A stretch of 7,948 bases of DNA from Octopus sinensis (GCF_006345805.1 NW_021828505.1:1-7948), one strand, 5' to 3'; counted from the stretch's first letter, positions 1-6,721 are shown. The notes: generated by a model from the sequence alone, not told the origin. Program-made: numbers and translations.

Positions 1-244
1 AACATAAATTAGAATAAGAACAGTAATAAATGAGTGTGAAAATGGAATTATATAGTGCGCCTATTTATATGGCAAAAGAGGGGAAAAATAACTATCTCGA
101 AATACAACAATATCTGTTTCAACGCACGGTTTAACATCAAGAATCTTGCAGCACAGATATATAAAGGATATATTTACAGAAAACAACAAAAGACGAAGAC
201 AGGTACAGGAATAACAAGCAGGTGCATTAGTTTGACTGAATATG

Positions 245-276
245 ATATATATTTATTTATATATATATTATATATA

Positions 277-320
<44 letters not shown>

Positions 321-336
321 TATAATATATATATAT
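245..336. repeat. (TA)n microsatellite, imperfect
   Basis: Near-continuous TA dinucleotides with a few interruptions. Confidence 0.97.
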
Positions 337-645
337 TAAATAAAAATATTAGGGAATAAATCCAAACCTACAGGGAAAAATCAGATTTAGGATTAAATCC
401 AACTTATAGTAAAATATTATTATTTGATTAAAAACCTTGCTAAGTTAAATATTTAAATCACCTGAAGAATGACTGTAACTCGAAATTTTAAGAATTGGAC
501 AGCCATGAAAACGATCGTAGTGTTATACTAATTATCTTTTTTAATAATTTTGATATATATTTAAAATAATATAATTAATTATCTTATGTATTGGCTTAGG
601 TTTTTCATTGTATGATTTGCCTAATAGTGGTTTTATCTCTAACTT
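337..645 (+). mobile_element. Probable Penelope-like-element-derived non-autonomous fragment (pLTR/retrozyme-like module) between two (TA)n tracts
   Basis: Non-coding ~310-bp block bounded by (TA)n on both sides. It contains a type I hammerhead motif with a palindromic stem III, the architecture known from Penelope-like pseudo-LTRs. No RT or GIY-YIG coding sequence is visible, so the family assignment is inferred. Confidence 0.45.
459..522 (+). ncRNA. Type I hammerhead ribozyme motif (minimal, Penelope-type; possibly degenerate)
   Basis: Stem I CAC(459-461)/GTG(520-522). Core CTGAAGA (462-468). Stem II ATGACTGT(469-476)/ACAGCCAT(499-506), 7/8 paired. GAAA (507-510). Palindrome ACGATCGT (511-518). 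GUA cleavage triplet (517-519). One extra A in the GAAA run. Confidence 0.62.
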
Positions 646-682
646 AATATAATAATATATATACTATATTATAATATATATA

Positions 683-724
<42 letters not shown>

Positions 725-742
725 TATATATATAAATATATA
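646..742. repeat. (TA)n microsatellite, imperfect
   Basis: TA dinucleotide tract. Confidence 0.97.
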
Positions 743-842
743 AATTAGAAAAAAAACACCTTTATCAATTCGTGATATATACGATTTATTTATTAATTTG
801 GCACATTACTTAATCATCAGTATATTATGTTTTTTTATATTA

Positions 843-1827
843 ATATTTCTTTCCCTAATTATCTATGACTTACCTCCATCTATTTACAAGATTTTAATCC
901 ATCAACGTAAAAAAACTCTTTGGTGGTTTCAAAGCGAAGAAACTCTGAAATGTCAGGTTCGACCTCCCCCTGGCTTGCAAAAGTTGTATCCCCCTACTAA
1001 TTCTGAACTATGAAACAATGGCATCCTGAAGGAGTAAGGTCGGGAGAATAAGTTGGATGAAGAAATTTTCCAAACCGACCCCTCGATCTTCTGTGATGTG
1101 ATCTTTGCAGCGTGGGTTGCGCATTGTCCTGATGAAACATCACTCGTTTTCGACTCACTAAGCGGCTCTTTTTCTTCAAGCTTGGTTCAAACGCTCTAAT
1201 TGCTGACAGTAGACTTGAGCATTGATTGTTGCATTAGGTGGTAACAATATAAAGTGAATTACGCCTTTGCAATCGCACCAGATAGAGAGAGAACCTTTTT
1301 TCCACATGAAGTTCCCCTTCTCGGTTGTGGTTGAGAATTTTCCCTTTTACCAAGCGACTGTTACGACGTCTAACATTTCGATAGAAAATCCATTTTTCAT
1401 CACAAGCCTATCGAAAAAGGGTGAAAATGTTTGCGAGAATGGAGAGGAGAGAAGAGCAGATGCCAACTCGGGATTTGCGGTTGCTTTCGGACAATACATA
1501 AGGCACCTATTTTCCAAGTTTAGGAATCTTTCCACGTTGTTGAAGATGACGATGAACTGTTGTATGGTTTGAAGTAAGCTTTATTTGCCAATTCTTCAAC
1601 TGATAATGACGGATTTTCTTCAAGTAATGCCTCAAGGAGCTTGTCAACTCAACTGGACATCCTGTTCGTTCTTCATCTTCAATTTTGCAGACGATCTCCT
1701 GCAAGTTCTTTCATTCGAGCACTTTGATATAAACTGAGTGTATGTTTCGAGTCACTTCGGCAGCAGAGTTACCTTTATTGTACTCATAAGAATTATATGT
1801 GCCTAAATGCTCCTTGGATACTTCCAT
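843..1827 (-). pseudogene. Mariner transposase pseudogene (multiple frameshifts and stops)
   Basis: Manual minus-strand translation gives MEVSKEH..(ATG 1827), GNSAAEVTRNIHSVY, HTTVHRHLQQ.GK.PKLGK*VP (WVPHEL motif), PFFDRLV/CDEKWIFY (D at 1399-1401), SIWCDCKGVIHF.LLPPNATINAQVYCQQLERLNQA, VMFHQDNAQP (D at 1126-1128), HPTYSPDLTPS and LVNRWR*VIDN. There are 99 nt between the second D and the third catalytic position (now GGA), consistent with D34D minus three 1-nt deletions. Confidence 0.95.
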
Positions 1828-2000
1828 GTTGAAAGGGTTTTAATCAAAGCAATTTTAGGGTGTCCACGAAGTCTGGGTTTATGGAATAAAATCATAACAT
1901 AAACAAATAAATATAAGAATATAATTTTCCTTTTTTACTTTTTTTAAATTAAATAAAAATACTTTACTTTTCTAATTTATTTTTTATTTTTTCTACAGAT

Positions 2001-2075
2001 GATCGAATGATGGCTCTGTCTAAAGAAGAAAGAATCCCAGATCGAATGATGAATCTGTCTAAAGAAGAAAGAATC
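2001..2075 (+). repeat. Tandem duplication, 36-bp unit with 39-bp period, covering the transposase start
   Basis: GATCGAATGATGGCTCTGTCTAAAGAAGAAAGAATC (2001-2036) vs GATCGAATGATGAATCTGTCTAAAGAAGAAAGAATC (2040-2075), 2 mismatches, in frame. Confidence 0.95.
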
Positions 2076-3090
2076 GAGTTAGTATTATTAAGTGGACGAG
2101 AGGGATGGTCTTATCGCAAAATTGCGGAAGAATTTAATCTTCCACACCCTTGTAGGCAACCTATTTATTTTACTGCCGTCAGGAATTGATCAAGAAATTT
2201 AAAGAAACAGGCAGTGTTTCGGATAAACCCCGTTCCGGGCGACCAAAGACTTCAGATGAAACTAAAGAGGCTGTCGAGGCTAAAGTTTCTGCTAGCTAGC
2301 CCCAAAAATCACTTCGTCGGACATCTACGGTGTTAGGTGTTCCAAAACCAACCATCCACAAAATGCTGGTTGAGGAAAAGTTTCATCGATACAACCTACA
2401 GATATTGCATCACTTAAATGAAGACGATCCTGATAGACGAATGTAGACGTGCGAATGGTTTTCAGATAAATTGGATGAAATATCAATTTTACGAAAACTT
2501 TGTGTTGTTCAGTGACAAAGCTACGTTTTATGTAAATGGTGAGGTCAACAGACAGAATCTTCTATACTGGTCTCGAGGTAATCCACATTGGATGGATCTA
2601 TCCAAACAGCAAGACAGCAAAAGGGTGATGGTGTGGTGTGGTTTTGGAAAGCTCATGTTCTAGGACCCTTCTTCATTGAACATGTAACGGATGAGACTTA
2701 TGCAAATATATTGAGAGACAATTAATATCTTAAATTGAGCGCCTAGGCGAGGGCCTTCCGAATTGGTTTCAGCAGGATGGGGCCCTACCCATTTTGCCAC
2801 AACTGTTAGAGATTGATTTAATGACACTTTTTCTCCTCACTAGATTGGAAGAAGGGGTCATATGGAATGGTCCCCTCGTTCACCAGACCTTTCTCCCCTT
2901 GATTTCTTTTTCTGGGTGTTGAAAGAGAAAGTTTACTCAATAAAGATTACAGATTTAAAACACTTACCCAGTCAGTGTGCTGAAATTGATGGCAATGTAG
3001 ACTTATTTAATCAAGTTCACCTGAATTTTGCAAGGCGCATCAAGTTATGCATTGAAATGATGGAAATCACTTTGAAAATATTATTATTAA
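2007..3090 (+). pseudogene. DD41D-type transposase pseudogene
   Basis: Motifs across frames: LSKEERIELV..SYRKIAEEFN (HTH), KKFKETGSV.DKPRSGRPKT, FSDKATF (D 2514-2516), NRQNLLYWS..NPH, VMVWCG, GPFF, WFQQDGA (D 2776-2778), W.PRSPDLSPLDFFFW (D 2901-2903). The 122 nt between D2 and D3 equal 41 codons minus one deleted base. There are several in-frame stops. Confidence 0.93.
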
Positions 3091-3462
3091 CATTATAATT
3101 AAATAAATTGTTTGTTTTAAAAGTATGTGTTAATTCCCATGTACGCAGACTTTGTGGACACCGTCTATTATTTTGTAAAACAATATTGAATAGTTTAAAC
3201 GTACACAAATGCATAAAAATAATTTTTAATTGATTAGACATTTGCAAATACTATTAAATTTTATTCAAATCTAAAAAACACGTAAATTGGACAGAACTGA
3301 CTGGATGACTTGATATATATAATCTATGATATTCTAGTAAGTTTCAAGTTTAAACACCTTGATATCTCATGTTATCTCATTTTATATGCCTAAGACGTTT
3401 ATTTTCTATTCTGGTTTTTTATATTTCTATACATTATATTTGTATCTATAATTTATTTTAAG

Positions 3463-3608
3463 CCAAAACATAATACGATCCTTGTACGAACGAAAGAACA
3501 AGAATGTCCTCTGAACTTTTATCTTCCACCGGCATTTGTAATCGATGGTGACATGTGCGATGATTTTGCGACAATCTTATATTTTACAGAGAAATTGAAA
3601 CCCCGAAT
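3463..3608 (+). CDS. Candidate internal coding exon A of an unidentified host gene
   Basis: T-rich acceptor ...TTTATTTTAAG| at 3462 and a perfect donor |GTAAGT at 3609. Open frame PKHNTILVRTKEQECPLNFYLPPAFVIDGDMCDDFATILYFTEKLKPR plus 2 nt, with a stop (TAA) just inside the intron. An alternative acceptor TTTTACAG| at 3589 would give a 19-nt micro-exon in the same frame. Confidence 0.5.
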
Positions 3609-3764
3609 GTAAGTCAGCGCTTTATGCATAATTCAATATTTATAGTTCTCTATTTCTAACAGAAATTCTGTCCTCAATAACTATAGATCTATTTCTAAAT
3701 GTAATTCTTTTTCTTTTCGTTCATGCATTCCCGTCTGTCTCTTGACAAAGCTTTCTTTCTCCAG

Positions 3765-3921
3765 CGTTCACCACGTCAGGGTTAAACAGCCCTTAGCGAA
3801 AATTTTGACTGTCCTGATTTTGTTAGCAGCTTTGACGTTCCACGTATATCAAATTTTATCTAATTTGCTTTGGGGTAGCAATTGCTTTGACGAAGACACA
3901 TCTTGTTACAATGTGGAGAAG
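3765..3921 (+). CDS. Candidate internal coding exon B (encodes a predicted transmembrane helix)
   Basis: Acceptor CTTTCTTTCTCCAG| at 3764 and donor AAG|GTAAAA at 3922. The phase matches exon A (AT+C = Ile). Encodes VHHVRVKQPLAKILTVLILLAALTFHVYQILSNLLWGSNCFDEDTSCYNVEK, the ordered part of track ORF 3742..4167. Confidence 0.58.
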
Positions 3922-3974
3922 GTAAAACTGCCAACAACTGAGGAAGGGTTGTTTTTTTATATGCCAACTTCACG

Positions 3975-4010
3975 CTATGTAATTAAAATTCTCTATGTAA
4001 TTAAAATTCT
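3975..4010. repeat. Perfect 18-bp tandem duplication
   Basis: CTATGTAATTAAAATTCT x2 (3975-3992, 3993-4010). Confidence 0.95.
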
Positions 4011-4073
4011 TCTTCCTCACCTTCAAGCCAAGCCAAGCCATTTTTACATATATGCGAGTTATTTTTTTTATAG

Positions 4074-4157
4074 TTTTTTTTTATACACAGTTTTTTTTAT
4101 ACACAGTTTTTTTTTTATACACAGTTTTTTTTATACACAGTTTTTTTTTATACACAG
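4074..4157. repeat. Minisatellite (T8-10 ATACACAG) x5
   Basis: Five units ending at 4090, 4106, 4124, 4140 and 4157. Confidence 0.95.
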
Positions 4158-4175
4158 TTTTTTTTAATATATTTA

Positions 4176-4949
4176 CTAGCAGTATCGCCCGGCGTTTCTC
4201 GTGTTTGTAAGGGAAATAACTATATAAGCATTTTTAGAGAGTTATAGAAAAGATGCATTAAAAATGGAAAAAAAATTATGGTAATTTTTTTTTAAATCTT
4301 GACACATCGTAGACATTTTAGAGAGTTACTTCCCTTATATAATAGCGAAAAAATGCATTAAAAGGGTAAATTTTTTAAAAAATCGTTGACTTATCGTAGA
4401 CGTTTTTAGAGAGTTACTTCCCTATATAATAGCGAAAAAATGCATTAAATGGAAAAAAATGATGGTAATTTTTTTTTTAATCGTTGACTCATCGTAGACA
4501 TTTTAGAGAGTTACTTCCCTTATAGATGCCAATTAGGGCTTTCTTAGCCATTTCTGTTTTGGGTCTTCAAGCCATGAAGTCGTTGTTCTAAAAGAACGCT
4601 GTCTCCTTGACACGCTTTACGACGTTGATTTCCTTACACTCCCTTCCCCACAGCTTCAAGAGAGGGAAGAAGGGGGAGAAGCAAACAGGTGCAGGTGTGA
4701 CCATGGACGCCAACTCCGCCGCCATCGACACACGAAAATTATGCATTAAAAATGGAATTAAAAATGATGTTATTATTTTTAAAAAATCGTACACTCATCG
4801 TAGACGCGCGCTAATTACTCAGACGGGCTCGATATGATCACGACTATAAGATACCCGAATATGGTTAAACTGCACCGCAAAATGTGGGAGTAGTTTAGGA
4901 ACTAAATCGAAGGGACAGACCTCACACAACTACAGTTTATATATATAGA
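4176..4949 (-). mobile_element. Non-autonomous Helitron-like element, family A, complete (774 bp)
   Basis: The minus strand starts A|TCTATATATATAAACTG (4949) and ends ...ACGCCGGGCGATACTGCTAG|T (4176): 5'-TC, 3'-CTAG, a GC-rich subterminal segment, insertion between A and T, and no TSD or TIRs. Confidence 0.78.
4229..4805. repeat. Internal ~85-100-bp tandem repeat of Helitron A (4 units, the 4th interrupted)
   Basis: Unit CATTTTAGAGAGTTACTTCCC...ATGCATTAAAA...AATCGTTGACTCATCGTAGA starts at 4229, 4314, 4401 and 4499. The 4th unit is split by ~210 bp (4525-4733) and resumes at ~4734. Confidence 0.9.
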
Positions 4950-4961
4950 TTTATTACAATT

Positions 4962-4983
4962 ATATATATATATATATATATAT

Positions 4984-5014
<31 letters not shown>

Positions 5015-5039
5015 AATATTATATAATATATAATATATA
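4962..5039. repeat. (TA)n microsatellite
   Basis: TA tract between two Helitron termini. Confidence 0.96.
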
Positions 5040-5112
5040 CTAGCAGTATCGCCCGGCGTTGCTCTCATTTGTAAGGGAAATAACTATATAAGCATTTTTA
5101 GAGAGTTTTAGA
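5040..5112 (-). mobile_element. Second family-A Helitron 3' terminus (~73 bp)
   Basis: Close match to 4176-4248 (CTAGCAGTATCGCCCGGCGTT...GTAAGGGAAATAACTATATAAGCATTTTTAGAGAGTT), ending CTAG|T. Confidence 0.85.
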
Positions 5113-5122
5113 GATATATGCT

Positions 5123-5284
5123 CCCTAGCAACCACACCTTTTAAGATAGGGATTTCTAAGGTAGCCCACGGGCATCGTCACCTCATTCTACATGTCCCTG
5201 TAAATTTTAGAGCGAATCGGACGGGATGTAGTGGCATTGAAAGCGATCCAAGCGGTAAAAACGCATTTCAGTTTTATATATAGA
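5123..5284 (-). mobile_element. Family-B Helitron 5' segment (second tandem unit, truncated)
   Basis: The minus strand begins TCTATATATAAAACTGAAATGCG at 5284. Positions 5123-5282 match 7089-7248 with 3 mismatches in 160 bp. Confidence 0.75.
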
Positions 5285-5351
5285 CTAGCTGAAGGTGACC
5301 CGCTCTACGCGCGGGTAAGAGTGTGGTTGTTACTTTCTGTTGCTTCCTTTC

Positions 5352-5665
5352 AGCACGTAAAAAGTACCATCCGAACGTGGCGGATTGCAGCGCCGCCTTG
5401 ACTGGCTTCTGTGCCAGTGGCACGTAAAAAGCACCAACCGATCGTGGCCATTGCCAGCCCCCTGGCACCTGTGCCGGCGGCACGAAAAAAGCACCCACTA
5501 CGCTCACAGAGTGGTTGGCGTTAGGAAGGGCATCTACCTGTAGAAACACTGCCAGATCAGACTGGAGCCTGGTGCAGCCTCCTGGCTTCCCAGACCCCGG
5601 TCAAACTGTCCAACCCGTGCTAGGACGGAAAACGGACGTTAAACGATGATGATGATGATGATGAT
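5352..5665 (+). mobile_element. 5'-truncated SINE-like retroposon with (GAT)7 tail
   Basis: GC-rich body with three GCACGTAAAAAGCACC-like motifs (5353-5368, 5420-5435, 5480-5495). The 3' end GGAAAACGGACGTTAAAC(GAT)7 resembles RTE-type LINE-derived tails. It resembles an abundant octopus SINE (recall). Only a 4-bp TTTC possible TSD is present. Confidence 0.75.
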
Positions 5666-5782
5666 TTCTCCCGCTTTGTTTCTCTCTCCTTTCTCTCTCA
5701 CTTTCCCCACTCTCTTACTCTTCCTTTCTCTCGGACTCTCCCTCGCTTTCTCTTACTCTCTATCTTTATCTATCTCTCTCCC
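5666..5782. repeat. Polypyrimidine (CT-rich) low-complexity tract
   Basis: Almost exclusively C/T on the plus strand. Confidence 0.9.
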
Positions 5783-5987
5783 ATTTATAAACAACAAAAT
5801 ATCTTGAGTAAGTTGAGAAATAAAATATTTTAGAAAGATCAATCATAAATATCAGGTAGTAACAACGGAAAGGTCTGCTTCAAGGAGACAGCAAAACACT
5901 AACATTTAAAAGGGACAGACGAACTTGCGAGCTGAATAAAATAATAAATATTTGAAAGCAAAGTTTGAAGGGATAGAATCTGAGGGT

Positions 5988-6239
5988 AGTAGAGTCAGCA
6001 TGGCTGGCATTTCTTAACGACGGACAGCAACGTTTTGACAGTTTAACGGCTGGCGTAAAATTTTGAACTTGATGTAAAAGAAAATCCCTAAACACCAAGT
6101 TTTGAAGTGATTCTTTTTCACAACAGTAGACTCACCATGGCAAGCATTCAAACTTCTTCATCATGGACGGCAACACATTGACGATTAAAAGGCTGGCGCA
6201 AATTTTTTAGCTTGATGTAACAGAGAATTCCTAAACACC
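5988..6239. repeat. Diverged ~140-bp-period direct repeat (2 units)
   Basis: AGTAGAGTCAGCATGG...GGCTGGCGTAAAATTTTGAACTTGATGTAAAAGAAAATCCCTAAACACC (5988-6096) vs AGTAGACTCACCATGG...GGCTGGCGCAAATTTTTTAGCTTGATGTAACAGAGAATTCCTAAACACC (6125-6239). Confidence 0.85.
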
Positions 6240-6437
6240 CGTTCCTTTAAATTTAATCCCCTTCCAGCCCCATTTAGACCCTTTTCACATTTTGGTTATA
6301 TAACGCGATTTCATTCGGGTGTACTGGGGCCACATTTTATAAGATGAGGATTTTGTCCTAGAGGTCACGCCTTTCATTTGAGGAAAAAAAATAGTTGTCA
6401 TGCAAACTTGCCAGCACTTTTAACATAGGTCTGCATC

Positions 6438-6512
6438 TATGTATGTGTGTGTGTATGTATGTGTATGTATGTGTGTATGTGTGTGTATGTATGTGTGTGT
6501 GTATGTATGTAT
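6438..6512. repeat. (TG)n/(TATG)n compound microsatellite
   Basis: Directly visible. Confidence 0.96.
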
Positions 6513-6572
6513 TTCCATTGAGTCAACCTCATTATTTTCTACATAGCAGACCGTTACATAAACAGGCAAAGG

Positions 6573-6721
6573 TACATACATACATGCACACTCACACATA
6601 CATACACACACACACACACACATACATACACATACATACACACACACACATACATAGATACATACACACACACATACATGCATACATACATATACACATA
6701 CATGCATACACACGCACGCAC
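6573..6721. repeat. (CA)n/(TACA)n compound microsatellite
   Basis: Directly visible; complementary to 6438-6512. Confidence 0.96.

Larger units (their letters stand above)
1856..3167 (+). mobile_element. Decayed Tc1/mariner-superfamily transposon, DD41D (rosa/VS-type), ~1.3 kb with TIRs
   Basis: TIRs GGTGTCCACGAAGTCTGGGTTTATGG (1859-1884) and the reverse complement of 3137-3162 match at 22/26. TA dinucleotides sit at 1856-1857 and 3166-3167, although the outermost bases are imperfect. The TIRs enclose a transposase pseudogene. Confidence 0.9.
765..3313 (-). mobile_element. Decayed mariner (DD34D-type) DNA transposon, interrupted by a nested Tc1/mariner element at ~1856-3167
   Basis: Transposase remnants at 843-1827. 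A mariner-like terminal sequence (minus strand TA+TCAAGTCATCCAGTCAGTTCTGTCCAATTT) lies at 3284-3315 in the orientation expected for the 5' TIR. A weak partner TA+TCAATTCGT...CGATTT lies at 763-787. Removing the insert leaves ~1.24 kb, a typical mariner size. The left boundary is uncertain. Confidence 0.6.

Noticed and set aside
1-244. Possible Penelope GIY-YIG or RT coding tail
   Set aside because: Manual translation of the three plus-strand frames gave stops or no motif, and the minus strand did not look coding on inspection. Left unassigned.
55-339. 94-aa ORF
   Set aside because: GTG start, a C-terminal third translated from (TA)n, and no recognisable domain.
462-485. Alternative shorter hammerhead fold using the first GAAA (482-485)
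   Set aside because: Stem II would barely pair and no UH plus stem I partner follows. The fold using GAAA 507-510 satisfies all three stems.
798-1572. Plus-strand ORFs 798-1013 and 1267-1572
   Set aside because: Antisense shadows of the mariner pseudogene.
2803-2834. Trp-to-stop changes (TGA, TAG) in both transposases as a sign of targeted G-to-A hypermutation
   Set aside because: Too few sites, other Trp codons changed differently or are intact, and neutral decay suffices.
3645-3662. Acceptor-like CTAACAG inside the candidate intron
   Set aside because: No donor follows, and use with exon A would not be in frame with exon B.
3742-4167. 141-aa ORF as a single-exon gene
   Set aside because: TTG start in a eukaryotic context and a tail translated from the duplication and minisatellite. 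Only 3765-3921 looks exonic.
4229-4805. Repeat-spacer appearance suggesting a CRISPR array
   Set aside because: Units are long, degenerate and tandem without unique spacers, the context is eukaryotic, and there are no cas genes.
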